Positions 30,750 through 40,344 of a stretch of DNA of 61,117 bases are shown piece after piece (the stretch's first letter is position 1; each line of letters opens with the position of its first letter). Position numbers and translations under genes: made by a program. Where the stretch lies: assembly GCA_964396095.1 (NCBI GenBank), contig CAYNCK010000088.1:1-61117 (forward strand). Direction: 5' to 3'. Under the pieces are notes generated by a model. It searched no databases. It had not been told where the DNA came from and was given only the letters and a program-made list of their open reading frames with translations. The DNA is from an uncultured Methanosarcinales archaeon (GTDB lineage: Archaea; Nanobdellota; Nanobdellia; Woesearchaeales; GW2011-AR4).

Positions 30750-31112
30750 TTATTTCTGTATAAACAAAACGCCTTCCTTATTTTTGAATGCCTTGTCACT
30801 AGTAACAAACTTAAGATTGTTTTCCAAAGCAAAAATATACTCAACGCAGTCAAAAATGGACAAGTCCTCTTTTTTGTTGTCTATCCTGTATTTTAGCGCC
30901 TTGATTAGAATTTGCCTGCTTACTTGTTTGCAAAAAGACTCTAATTTGCTATGCCAATAAATTGCTTTATCTTCTTTATTATCTCTGTAAAGTACAGAAT
31001 AATATTCTGCCATGGTTAAATCCGCTATGACAAACTGCTTGTTTAAGAATTCAATAAATTTAGGGTTGCCATTTCCTATCTCAGCCAATGCATAAGTGTC
31101 TAGGCAGAACAT
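30750..31112 (-). CDS. PIN-domain (VapC-like) toxin
   Basis: CLDTYALAE, TMAE, LSIFDC, FVTSD acidic tetrad. Confidence 0.85.
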   Translation of the reverse strand: MFCLDTYALAEIGNGNPKFIEFLNKQFVIADLTMAEYYSVLYRDNKEDKAIYWHSKLESFCKQVSRQILIKALKYRIDNKKEDLSIFDCVEYIFALENNLKFVTSDKAFKNKEGVLFIQK

Positions 31113-31113
31113 C

Positions 31114-31332
31114 TTAGATGTATTTGCTTTCCCTTCCCCTTATTTCTTTTAAGATCTGTTCAGTTGGCCTGCTTAATTTTGCAGAGCCAAACAGCTCTTT
31201 CAGAGGATTGTCCTTTGGCTTTATGTCTATTATGACATCCTGGTCTTCCCTTAATTTAAGCTCTTTAACAACATCTTTTGGGATTACAATCCCCAAAGAG
31301 CTCCCCCATTTTCGGGTTTTGGATATTATCAT
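31114..31332 (-). CDS. AbrB/MazE-type antitoxin
   Basis: KTRKWGSSLGIVIPKDVVKELKLREDQDV. Confidence 0.88.
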   Translation of the reverse strand: MIISKTRKWGSSLGIVIPKDVVKELKLREDQDVIIDIKPKDNPLKELFGSAKLSRPTEQILKEIRGRESKYI

Positions 31333-31337
31333 TTTGG

Positions 31338-31354
31338 TTATATTATTAATATAA
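31338..31354. promoter_or_regulatory. Candidate AbrB-PIN operator
   Basis: Perfect inverted repeat TTATATTA-T-TAATATAA between a TATA-like box (31361-31368) and ATG 31332; AT-rich, so chance is not excluded. Confidence 0.45.
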
Positions 31355-31454
31355 TAGTTAGATATAAAGTATAACTGATATATAAAGGTTGTGGCTTTGC
31401 TTGGTGAAAAAGGGCAGACGATAATAACCAGAAATGAGTTTTTGTTTTAGGATT

Positions 31455-32393
31455 TTAACGAAATTGTAATGATTTCATAAACAATAAGTCCATATAAGTA
31501 GGATTTTTTACAGGATTGCCTTGTTTTATATAATCCCTGGCCCAAGTCAATTTATTGTAAATTGCACTATAACCACGTAAATTAGTGTTACTAGACCATT
31601 CCATTGGAATCTCATATTTCCCAGACTTCGCGTATAAATAAGTACCATCTTCTATCACTAACAATCTAAAACCATCAATTTTTATTATTGGACTAATGCC
31701 TGGCAGTGATAAAAATCTTCCACCATCTGCAAGTAAATAATCCATTATGACCTCTATCTTGTCTGGATTATAAGTTAACACAGTAGTATAATCTTTAATT
31801 CCACTGCCTCCATTTCTGGTTTCTTCCATAAGACTGATAGAGCGATGGTGTTTTTTATCATCAATATGAAAATTGAAAAAAAATTCATCATTTATTCCTT
31901 TAAAACGACCGATATAATAATCATTTACCGATGGTAAGGTATCGTCTGGGTCAATTTTAACATTTCTAGCAATTTTTTCAAGCATGGATTCAAAGTCCCC
32001 AATAGAATATTTAGTCTTTCCAAATGATTCAAAGGTAAGCTTGACTTCTTCCAAGATTGAATAATCAGCTTGTTGCGGATTGATTTTATCATGAGGTTCT
32101 TCTTTTTTATCAGATTTTAATTGCACTTTGTTTTCTTGGGCTCTAGAGCTTATAGGTGAAGCGTTCAACATTCTTTCTATAGGGGTAAGGGAGTTAATCG
32201 AGGCTGGATTGTTTGAGCTTGCATTGTAATTATCTTTCGAATCAAAAGGTGGACTTCCTTCCAAATTTTGAGAATGGGATGCTGCACCATAGTGAAGAAT
32301 GCTGCTCAAGTCAATATTCTTACTAGCATACCTAATAGCACTACCACACAGAATTGCTAGTAATCCTAAACTGGCTTTTGTTTTTCTTTGCAC
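31455..32393 (-). CDS. Hypothetical N-terminally membrane-anchored protein (312 aa)
   Basis: MQRKTKASLGLLAILCGSAIRY, then Ser/Asn-rich linker. Confidence 0.65.
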   Translation of the reverse strand: MQRKTKASLGLLAILCGSAIRYASKNIDLSSILHYGAASHSQNLEGSPPFDSKDNYNASSNNPASINSLTPIERMLNASPISSRAQENKVQLKSDKKEEPHDKINPQQADYSILEEVKLTFESFGKTKYSIGDFESMLEKIARNVKIDPDDTLPSVNDYYIGRFKGINDEFFFNFHIDDKKHHRSISLMEETRNGGSGIKDYTTVLTYNPDKIEVIMDYLLADGGRFLSLPGISPIIKIDGFRLLVIEDGTYLYAKSGKYEIPMEWSSNTNLRGYSAIYNKLTWARDYIKQGNPVKNPTYMDLLFMKSLQFR

Positions 32394-32420
32394 TATAGTA
32401 ATAGAATCTCAAAACAATAT

Positions 32421-33494
32421 TTAAATCTTCTCAACAATTAATTTCCCTTTCTCAATCTTCAGTACAACTTCATCCTTTTCCCCGAACTGCGCAATGCCTG
32501 TCACAATCTTTGGCAGTAAAATCCTGCCGCCCCTGAAATCAAGATTTGTTATTATCTGCTGGGCAATCTCGCCGCTCATTCCAAGATCCTCAAAAATCTT
32601 TGTGGTAGCCTCGTCTCTGTCCCTTGCGGAAAATATCTCAGATTTTTCAAACAAATATTTTGCAATTTTGTCTGCTATGTTGATGCTTGTTGCCTTGGTA
32701 ATTCCCTGTAATCCGGGGCTTAAATTTGCTTCAATCACTACGGGCCCTTTTGGGCCTTCAAGAATATCAACAGCGCAAATTTCTGCACCAATTGATTCGG
32801 CGGTATCAACTGCAATTCTTTTTGTGTTCTGGTCAAGCACACACGCTTCTCCCGTTCCCCCCGCATGTATGTTAGCCCGCATCTCCCCCCTGACTGCTTT
32901 TCTTTTCATGGACGCAACAACCCTATCGCCAATGACAAAAGCCCGTATGTCGACTCCTCCTGTTTCAATGTACTCCTGAATCAAAAATGGCTGCTTTAAT
33001 GCAAACAATGCGTCGAGCATTGAAGAAGCTGCTGCGTAGCTTTCTGCAAACATAACTCCCTTTCCCTGCGTTCCATGCGGAAATTTTAGGACAATAGGAT
33101 AATTGACTACATTCAAAACTTTCTTTGCAGCCCTTGCAGATGATGCAAGGTATGTTGTAGGCATCGGAATGTTGAAATGCTGCAATGCAAGTTGCGTAAG
33201 CAATTTATCATGCCCCAGTGTAAAAGTTTCCGGCTTTATCGGCATGTAGGAATTCCGGTATAATGTCCGTGTCACGCTCCTCAGCAAAGGAGCATACCTA
33301 AAAGAGCCTCTTGCATAAATGCAGCTATAGCGCGGCATTGCGTTGCCTTCATAAAGTACATTTAATTTTCCAGCACCAAGGTTGACTTCAACATCTCTCA
33401 AGTCAATGTTGTCAACACTGTCGAAATAGCTCTCCATAGCTTCAATTATCATCATTGAGCTTTTGCTTCCGAGGGACATTACAGCTGCTTTCAT
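32421..33494 (-). CDS. RimK-family ATP-grasp ligase with C-terminal AbrB-like domain
   Basis: DKLLT.L.L....IPMP.T, LKFPHGTQGKGV, IQEYI...GVDIRAFV, RANIHAGG, IEANLSPG; tail DFRGGRILLPK...GEKDEVVLKIEKGKLIVEK. Confidence 0.85.
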   Translation of the reverse strand: MKAAVMSLGSKSSMMIIEAMESYFDSVDNIDLRDVEVNLGAGKLNVLYEGNAMPRYSCIYARGSFRYAPLLRSVTRTLYRNSYMPIKPETFTLGHDKLLTQLALQHFNIPMPTTYLASSARAAKKVLNVVNYPIVLKFPHGTQGKGVMFAESYAAASSMLDALFALKQPFLIQEYIETGGVDIRAFVIGDRVVASMKRKAVRGEMRANIHAGGTGEACVLDQNTKRIAVDTAESIGAEICAVDILEGPKGPVVIEANLSPGLQGITKATSINIADKIAKYLFEKSEIFSARDRDEATTKIFEDLGMSGEIAQQIITNLDFRGGRILLPKIVTGIAQFGEKDEVVLKIEKGKLIVEKI

Positions 33495-33554
33495 TCAGCT
33501 GTTCTGCCAGTTGAGTGCGGAGTCAAGTACGATTTTTGAAGCTCAATCGTACGG
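33495..33554 (-). repeat. Hairpin mini-element copy 3, abutting the rimK-like start codon
   Basis: Minus strand CC-GTACGATT-(10 nt)-AATCGTAC-TTGACTCCGCACTCAAC-TGGCAGAACAGCTGA-ATG aligns to copies 1 and 2. Confidence 0.75.
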
Positions 33555-33614
33555 AAAGTAAACGCACTACCGACTTTTTTTTGTTTTTTCATTTTAGTTA
33601 ATTAGAATTAACCA

Positions 33615-33971
33615 TCATTTTGTTGGATCAATCAAATACCCGTCCTTCAAGATGTTCTGCCCGATTAAAACCCTGAATTTCATATGGGCCCGGTCTGCCA
33701 AGGTGAACTCTGAAGTTATTTTCTTGCCGGCAAGCTCAATAGTCGCTTCTATTATTGGCCTTAATTTCGAGCCGTGGGCAGATTTGATTAGTTTGGATTT
33801 TATAACGGGCCCAAGCCTTAATTCAGCAGCAAGGTTTGTGTCGATAGAGCTTTTTGTTGCGCCTGTATCTATCTTTGCAATCACATTCTTATTGCCGGCT
33901 TGGTGATAAACCCTGACTTTTTCAGCCAAGCCTATAACTACCTTTCCGTCTATGACTTTATAACCCCCCAT
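33615..33971 (-). CDS. RimK-associated retropepsin-like aspartic protease
   Basis: AKIDTGATKSSID, RPII, EFTLADR..MKFRVLIGQN. Confidence 0.85.
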   Translation of the reverse strand: MGGYKVIDGKVVIGLAEKVRVYHQAGNKNVIAKIDTGATKSSIDTNLAAELRLGPVIKSKLIKSAHGSKLRPIIEATIELAGKKITSEFTLADRAHMKFRVLIGQNILKDGYLIDPTK

Positions 33972-34031
33972 AGCAGAATTAAAAACAAAATTGTTTATTA
34001 AGTTTGTGGTTCTTAGTTAAAATTTGTATAC

Positions 34032-34271
34032 CTATTTAACAACATTGTACGTGGTGTATAAGACTATTGAACCTCCAAGAACTATGTGAAATGACGGATC
34101 ATTCCATATCTGCCTAAAGCTCTCAATTCCAATCTTCAAATGGTCACTAAAACTGCTAATGTAACTATTGCTTTTTATTGAATGCCTGACACATTCCAGA
34201 TAAATAATCAAATTTGCTGTAGAATAAACAACGAAGGGTCCAATATTGGCTCTCACAATATCATCAATCAT
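34032..34271 (-). CDS. Hypothetical protein (79 aa)
   Basis: ATG ORF filling the gap; two hydrophobic stretches. Confidence 0.4.
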   Translation of the reverse strand: MIDDIVRANIGPFVVYSTANLIIYLECVRHSIKSNSYISSFSDHLKIGIESFRQIWNDPSFHIVLGGSIVLYTTYNVVK

Positions 34272-34316
34272 TTAACAGGCTAAGCAAAGAATATTTATAA
34301 ACCCTTTGTTGACTGT

Positions 34317-34706
34317 TCATTTCTCCAGAATAATCTCAGCTTTCTTGACCCCTTCTGTGCCTTTAATTTTCTCAAATAATTTCTTAACCCTTTCAACTCT
34401 TCCTTTCACGACAATCAGCTCCAAACAATTGTGGTGGTCAAGGTAAGTGTGCATCGAAGAAACAATCTGGCAGTGATAGTCATGCTGCAAATTGGAAACA
34501 TTCTTGCCGTAATGCCCGACTCTCTGGTCATATACTATTTTTATGGTGCCAACAATCTCATTTTCATGATGATGTGAAAGCCTGTCCCTTATTATGTCAT
34601 TTATAGCTTCAGACCTGTTGTTATACCCTTTTTCTTTTATGAACTTGTCAAATAGTTTCAGCAGCTTCGGCTCGAATGAAATTCCAGTTCTTATTACTTT
34701 GTCCAT
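34317..34706 (-). CDS. nikR: Nickel-responsive regulator
   Basis: RHH N-terminus (RTGISF...GYNNRSEAI.D.IRD); ACT-like domain with QHDY...SMHTYLDHHNCLE. Confidence 0.9.
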   Translation of the reverse strand: MDKVIRTGISFEPKLLKLFDKFIKEKGYNNRSEAINDIIRDRLSHHHENEIVGTIKIVYDQRVGHYGKNVSNLQHDYHCQIVSSMHTYLDHHNCLELIVVKGRVERVKKLFEKIKGTEGVKKAEIILEK

Positions 34707-34796
34707 TTTATGATTTTTTTATTTTTGAATAATGTTTATAATGATTCGAATTGGAAACAACGAAAAATATTTAAACATATAGTCTTTATTAAACTT

Positions 34797-35348
34797 ATGC
34801 GAAAATTACCTGCTTTAACATTAGGACTTTCTCTTTTGGTAGGGGGCGAAGGTATCGCTCAGGGATTGGAAGCAAAAGTCAATAAACCTAAATTAACGAC
34901 AAAACGTGCAATTGCGGAAGATTTCATCTCCCACCCACTTTCATTCGCACATGACGCAAAATATAATGTAACTTATAATAGCATAGTGGATATTTTAGAA
35001 CAATCTAAAAATATAGACTTATCCAAGAATTATCCAAGCGAATCACATGAATATAAATTACAAAGGGAACTTGAGTCAAATGCCTGGTCCATGATGTGGT
35101 TGACAGAGCATTACATCGAAAAGTTTGGCAAAATTAGCCAAAAAGATGTCGTGGCGCTGTCTTTAAATATATTACAAAGAGTAAAAGAAAAATTTGGACT
35201 GCACCCTTTTCGCGATGATGTTTATAGGACTCAATTGAAAATACTTGGCTTGCCTTTGAAGGAAGGTACTATGCAAGGGCCATATGAAATCCCTCAGCGA
35301 TTTCAGGCGCTCATGCCTTATGCTATCCCCCCACCCGTTCTAAAGTGA
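34797..35348 (+). CDS. Hypothetical secreted protein
   Basis: MRKLPALTLGLSLLVGGEGIA signal-like N-terminus at ATG 34797. Confidence 0.6.
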   Translation: MRKLPALTLGLSLLVGGEGIAQGLEAKVNKPKLTTKRAIAEDFISHPLSFAHDAKYNVTYNSIVDILEQSKNIDLSKNYPSESHEYKLQRELESNAWSMMWLTEHYIEKFGKISQKDVVALSLNILQRVKEKFGLHPFRDDVYRTQLKILGLPLKEGTMQGPYEIPQRFQALMPYAIPPPVLK

Positions 35349-35415
35349 GTTTATTTATAGTAACACGCTTGTAAAAAACGTAATATTTAAATATTTTGCT
35401 TATAAACTTTTTTAA

Positions 35416-36081
35416 ATGCTTCAAATATTTGCGTTTATGCTTCTTGCGCTTGCATTAGGTTTCAAACATAGCTACGACTCTGACCACCTGATTGCAGTTT
35501 CAAACATTCTAAGGAAGGTTGATTCAGTAAAATCCTCGATAAAAATCGGCTTCAGCTGGGCAGTAGGGCACATGCTTACAGCAACAATCATAACAATAGC
35601 TCTTTTCATTTTTAAACAATCTTTTTTGAACAATGTTCTTCCAAGTTTTGAAAAGATTGTTGGGATAATGCTAATGGTGCTAGGAATCATAAGCTTGAGG
35701 GATTTTTTCAGTTTACACTCCCATAAACATTCGCACGGAGATATAATCCATTCACATCCCCACATTCACATTAATAAAACTCATGAGAAGGCACACATGC
35801 ATATTCATATGTTTGGAATAGGAATTGTGCACGGGCTTGCAAGCAATGACGAGCTTTTGCTTCTTTTCGCTGCATCACTTGCCGTCACATCTATTTGGGG
35901 CATGATTGCAGCTCTTGGTTTTTTTAGCTTTGGAGTCGTTCTTGGCATGGCAGTCTTTGCAATTATTTTTTCATATCCTCTGATTAGCATGCACAGCGAA
36001 AAAATATACAAATTTATATCATTTGGCACAGGCTCTATGGGAATAATATACGGAACAATGATGCTATTCGCAATCGCATAA
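35416..36081 (+). CDS. Nickel/cobalt permease (NiCoT/UreH-like)
   Basis: LGFKHSYDSDH, WAVGH, His-rich loop HSHKHSHGDIIHSHPHIH, GIVHGLAS. Confidence 0.8.
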   Translation: MLQIFAFMLLALALGFKHSYDSDHLIAVSNILRKVDSVKSSIKIGFSWAVGHMLTATIITIALFIFKQSFLNNVLPSFEKIVGIMLMVLGIISLRDFFSLHSHKHSHGDIIHSHPHIHINKTHEKAHMHIHMFGIGIVHGLASNDELLLLFAASLAVTSIWGMIAALGFFSFGVVLGMAVFAIIFSYPLISMHSEKIYKFISFGTGSMGIIYGTMMLFAIA

Positions 36082-36083
36082 AA

Positions 36084-36899
36084 ATGGAAAAGGAATTAGT
36101 TCAAAAATACGAAAATATGAAAAATGAAATAAAAAAGTTAGATTCAGCGATAATTGCATTTTCCGGTGGAGTTGACAGCGCATTGGTTTTAAAAATTGCT
36201 TATGACGTTTTAAAGGAAAAATTGATTGCAGTCACTGCGGACAGCCCTTCATTGCCGAGAATGGAGCTAGAAGATACAAAAAGAATTGCAAAATCTATTG
36301 GAGCTAAACATCTTATTATAAGCACAGAGGAAACAGAAAATGAAAATTACATTAAAAACCCAAATAACAGATGCTACTACTGCAAAACTGAGCTGTATTC
36401 AAAGTTAAAAAAAATATCAAGCGAACTTACAATAAAAAATATCCTTAACGGCACAAATTTTGATGATATAGGCGAATACAGGCCCGGGTTGAAGGCAGCT
36501 GGTGAATTCAAGATAATAAGCCCGTTAAAAGATGCGAAGTTCACAAAGAATGATGTGAGGGAGCTGGCAAAATACCTTGGCTTGCAGATTTGGGACAAGC
36601 CATCAAGCCCCTGCCTTTCATCAAGAATACCTTACGGAAACGAGGTCACAATTAAAAAGCTGGCCATGATTGAGAACGCAGAAAATTTCCTAAAGGATTT
36701 TGGAATAATAGAATTAAGGGTAAGGCACTTTGGGCAAAAAGCTAGGATTGAAGTAAGGGAAGATGATAGGCATGTTGTCAATAAAAATTTCGATTTAATA
36801 CAAAAAATGTTTAACAAAATTGGCTTTGAAGAAATAGAAATTTCAATTTTCAAGAGCGGAAACCTGAACGTGGTGCTGAATGTACAACCAGAAAATTAA
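36084..36899 (+). CDS. larE: Nickel-pincer cofactor sulfur transferase
   Basis: AFSGGVDS PP-loop, RCYYCK, GTNFDD...YRPG, WDKPSSPCLSSRIPYG. Confidence 0.92.
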   Translation: MEKELVQKYENMKNEIKKLDSAIIAFSGGVDSALVLKIAYDVLKEKLIAVTADSPSLPRMELEDTKRIAKSIGAKHLIISTEETENENYIKNPNNRCYYCKTELYSKLKKISSELTIKNILNGTNFDDIGEYRPGLKAAGEFKIISPLKDAKFTKNDVRELAKYLGLQIWDKPSSPCLSSRIPYGNEVTIKKLAMIENAENFLKDFGIIELRVRHFGQKARIEVREDDRHVVNKNFDLIQKMFNKIGFEEIEISIFKSGNLNVVLNVQPEN

Positions 36900-37626
36900 G
36901 GCAGTTATGGAAAAAGTAAAGAAAGGGAAACTCAAGGTAGATGACGCACTAAAAAAATTGAAATTCATGCCATTTGAAGACCTGGGATTTGCGAAAATTG
37001 ACCACCACCGCGCTTTGAGGAAAGGATTTCCAGAAGTTGTTTTCTGCCAGAACAAGACGAAGGAACAGGCTGTCAGCATAATGAAAAGAATGGCAAGTGT
37101 CAATTCCACTATACTTGGAACAAGGGCAAGCGAAGAAATGTTCAATGAAGTTAAAAAGCAAATTAAGAACGCACAATACAATAGAATATCTAAAACAATT
37201 ATAATAAAAAATCAAAAAAATAAAATAACCAAAAAGGGAAAAATACTTGTCTTAAGCGCAGGAACTTCTGATATGCCGGTTGCCGAGGAAGCCGCTGTTG
37301 TTGCTGATGCAATGGGGAATAAAGTTGAAAAGATTTACGATGTTGGCGTTGCAGGATTGCATAGATTATTGGGCAACAAGGAAAAAATATCTGATGCGAA
37401 TGTTCTTGTTATAGTTGCAGGAATGGATGGGGCATTGCCAAGCGTTGTCTCAGGATTGTTTGACAAGCCCATCATTGCAGTGCCCACATCTGTCGGCTAC
37501 GGAGCTTCATTTAAGGGAATTGCACCATTATTGACAATGCTTAACTCATGCTCGCCAGGGGTTGTCGTCGTCAATATCGACAACGGATTTGGCGCAGGGT
37601 ACTTTGCAAGCCTGATAAACAAATAA
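36880..37626 (+). CDS. larB: Nickel-pincer cofactor carboxylase/hydrolase
   Basis: AKIDHHR..RKGFPEVV, AGTSD.PVAEEA, DVGVAGLHRL, AGMDGALPSV, VPTSVGYGA, VVNIDNGFGA. Confidence 0.94.
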   Translation: MYNQKIKAVMEKVKKGKLKVDDALKKLKFMPFEDLGFAKIDHHRALRKGFPEVVFCQNKTKEQAVSIMKRMASVNSTILGTRASEEMFNEVKKQIKNAQYNRISKTIIIKNQKNKITKKGKILVLSAGTSDMPVAEEAAVVADAMGNKVEKIYDVGVAGLHRLLGNKEKISDANVLVIVAGMDGALPSVVSGLFDKPIIAVPTSVGYGASFKGIAPLLTMLNSCSPGVVVVNIDNGFGAGYFASLINK

Positions 37627-37627
37627 A

Positions 37628-38788
37628 ATGAAAACTCTATACTTCGATTGCTTTTCAGGAATAAGCGGAGATATGGTAGTTGGGGCTTTGATAGATTTGG
37701 GATTGGATGTTAATTATTTAAAAAATGAATTGAAAAAACTTAATCTAAAATATTATAATATTTCTTCAAGAAAAATTGTCAAGAGTGGAATTTCAGCAAC
37801 AAAATTCTATGTTATTGAAAATAACAAGCACCACCATGACGAAAGAAATCTGAACGAAATAAATAAAATCATTGGCAACTCAAAATTTGACAATGAAATA
37901 AAAAACACAATTAAAAATATTTTCCTAAAAATCGCTTCGGCAGAGGCAAAAATCCACAACAAGCCCATTGGCAAAATACATTTTCATGAGGTTGGCGCCA
38001 TTGACACAATTGTTGATATTGCGGCAGCTGTTATTGGAATTAAAAAATTAAATATTGATAAAATATGCTGCTCAAAACTCAATGTAGGGACTGGGTTTGT
38101 TGAATTCTCCCACGGAAAATTTCCTGTTCCTGCGCCTGCAACTGCTGAAATACTAAAAAATATTCCCATTTACAGCAATAATATCGAAGCAGAGCTGGTA
38201 ACTCCAACAGGCGCTGCAATAATCTCAACACTCGCAAAAAATTTTGGAGAAATGCCTATGATGAAAGTGGAAAAAATCGGTTATGGCGCTGGAACAAAAG
38301 ATTTGGAGCAGCCGAATGTTTTGAGGGTTTTTATGGGAGAATCTAAAAATGACAAAAACGAACCGATAAACATAATTGAAACAAATATTGACAACATGAA
38401 TCCTGAGATTTATCCTTACGTTATAGACAAATTAATGGAAAACGGGGCATTGGATGCTTATTTGACAAACATAATAATGAAAAAAGGAAGGCCAGCTGTA
38501 AAATTAAGCGTTTTGTGTGAAATTAAAGACACCGACAGGCTGTCAACTATAATTTTTGACGAAACGACCACTCTCGGTATCAGGATTTTTCCCGCAGACA
38601 GGAAAACTCTTGAAAGGGATATAAAAATTGTAAAAACAAAATATGGAAATGTAAGAGTGAAGATTTCAAGACTAAACGGTAAAATTAAAAATATAACTCA
38701 CGAATTCGAGGACTGTATTAAAATTGCGAAACAGAAGAATATCCCTCTAAAGAATGCCTATGGAGGGTTGAAAAACAAAGAATTATGA
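37628..38788 (+). CDS. larC: Nickel insertase
   Basis: FDCFSGISGDM, AEAKIH...IHFHEVGAIDT, HG.FPVPAPAT, ELVTPTGAAI, ETNID, MKKGRP, ETTTLGIR. Confidence 0.94.
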   Translation: MKTLYFDCFSGISGDMVVGALIDLGLDVNYLKNELKKLNLKYYNISSRKIVKSGISATKFYVIENNKHHHDERNLNEINKIIGNSKFDNEIKNTIKNIFLKIASAEAKIHNKPIGKIHFHEVGAIDTIVDIAAAVIGIKKLNIDKICCSKLNVGTGFVEFSHGKFPVPAPATAEILKNIPIYSNNIEAELVTPTGAAIISTLAKNFGEMPMMKVEKIGYGAGTKDLEQPNVLRVFMGESKNDKNEPINIIETNIDNMNPEIYPYVIDKLMENGALDAYLTNIIMKKGRPAVKLSVLCEIKDTDRLSTIIFDETTTLGIRIFPADRKTLERDIKIVKTKYGNVRVKISRLNGKIKNITHEFEDCIKIAKQKNIPLKNAYGGLKNKEL

Positions 38789-39508
38789 CTTTCTGGCTGC
38801 TTGTTCAAGCCTTGATTGAGGACTTGGGGGATTCTGGGTGACTCCTTGCATGCCGCTTAGTGTTCTCAGAAGCAGGTGCATATAACCTGTTGTTAATAAG
38901 CCATTCTCCAAATGCTGTTTTGCTTCTTCCCTTAGAGGTTCATCTGTTGGGTGGCGCATCAGTTCATAAGCGCCGGTAATATTCACTAAGCCAAGTGAAC
39001 GATAAGGTGAAGCGTGACCATTTGAGCTGTTAATAACTACAAATTCTCTCCTAACTGTATCTTTTAAATCACTTAATCCTGGATGACCAACAGCTCGTAA
39101 TTCACTGGCTACTTCTTCCTTATCGAGTGATTCAAGTTTTATACCTCCAGAAATATCCCTTTTCATATAACCCACCAACGCATCAAGTTGCATCAATTCC
39201 CAGAAATTTGCAAGAGCAATTTCACTTTGTGCAAGGTCTTTTTCCAGCAAACTGGCAAAGGAAGTAGAAAGATGCAAGTTGGCCAAGGAATGCACTCTTG
39301 TTCCATTGCCGGAATGGTTCCTCACTATTTGTTCATAATTCTGTCTTAATCTTTGTATGCCGCCATTGGTTTGAAACGCGTAAATGAATCTTGAAACCGC
39401 ACCATCCATAAGGAGGCTATTTGGTGAATTTGGCACTGGAATGCCTAAACTTTCAATTGCCTGTTTTTGGTAAGGAAGAGTTGATTGTGCCTGTTCCATT
39501 CGAATCAC
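38783..39508 (-). CDS. Hypothetical protein (241 aa)
   Basis: ATG ORF convergent with larC; no motif recognised. Confidence 0.6.
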   Translation of the reverse strand: MIRMEQAQSTLPYQKQAIESLGIPVPNSPNSLLMDGAVSRFIYAFQTNGGIQRLRQNYEQIVRNHSGNGTRVHSLANLHLSTSFASLLEKDLAQSEIALANFWELMQLDALVGYMKRDISGGIKLESLDKEEVASELRAVGHPGLSDLKDTVRREFVVINSSNGHASPYRSLGLVNITGAYELMRHPTDEPLREEAKQHLENGLLTTGYMHLLLRTLSGMQGVTQNPPSPQSRLEQAARKS

Positions 39509-39593
39509 CTATTCATACATATTAATAATTCCTATATTAAATATCTGGCAAAAATAGTATATTTTATATATTTTTGACAAATACATAACTTTT

Positions 39594-40238
39594 ATGACAA
39601 ATTTAACCCATGAAGTGTGGAATTATCTTGATTCTGAGCCTAGCATTAGGAGGGAGCTTAACAGGGGCATTGTCAACACCATGGCTTTGGCAAAGCATAT
39701 TGTAAAAGCAAAAAACCTAAATAGCTCTGTTGATGCAGTCATCAGCTCAATAAGAAGATATGTAGCTGAACAAAGGCATGATCTCAAATTTCATAATGTT
39801 GAAAACATAATAAAATCATCAAGAATATCAACAAAAAACAAGATTGCTTTAATAGCAATGAAGCGAGATCCTATCATAATAGAGCTGTTGCCAAAGGTGT
39901 TTCCGCTGATAGAGCTGAACCGGGGAGATGTCATGAGGCTGTCCGAAGGAAAAGAGTCAATCAAGCTGCTTGTTGATGAAAAAAACGTCCAGAAGATAGT
40001 AAGCATTTTCCCTGAAAACAAGCTGATAGGGGTAACAAAAAACCTAAGCGAGCTTAGCATTCTTTTCGGACCAGGGGCGCCTGAGACTGTCGGAGTCCTT
40101 GCAACAATAATCAATGAGATTGCCGCAAACAACATCAACATTGTAGAGTCAATCGGCTGCATTCCGGAATACATGATTTTTGTTGACAACAAAGATATAT
40201 TGAAAGCGCATGAGATAATGATTAAGCTGTGCGGGTAA
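39594..40238 (+). CDS. Helical N-domain + ACT-domain protein (amino-acid-sensing regulator-like), paralogue 1
   Basis: GIVNTMALAKHI..SVDAVISSIRRY; C-terminal ACT (ETVGVLATIINEIAANNINIVE). Confidence 0.7.
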   Translation: MTNLTHEVWNYLDSEPSIRRELNRGIVNTMALAKHIVKAKNLNSSVDAVISSIRRYVAEQRHDLKFHNVENIIKSSRISTKNKIALIAMKRDPIIIELLPKVFPLIELNRGDVMRLSEGKESIKLLVDEKNVQKIVSIFPENKLIGVTKNLSELSILFGPGAPETVGVLATIINEIAANNINIVESIGCIPEYMIFVDNKDILKAHEIMIKLCG

Positions 40239-40344
40239 ATTTTGTTAAAATCAATTATTATTCTAGCACACTTAATTTTATCACATAATTTTTTACTATT
40301 TTGTAGTAATATTTATAAACAGACTTTGGGTACTACTAAGTACA

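Noticed and set aside
32421-33494. LysX/ArgX assignment for the ATP-grasp ligase
   Set aside because: No lysW/lysYZJK nearby, DAP pathway present, and pairing with the aspartic protease points to RimK type
35349-35415. NikR operator upstream of the permease
   Set aside because: Only an AT-rich AATATT-TA-AATATT overlapping the TATA box; not distinguishable from background
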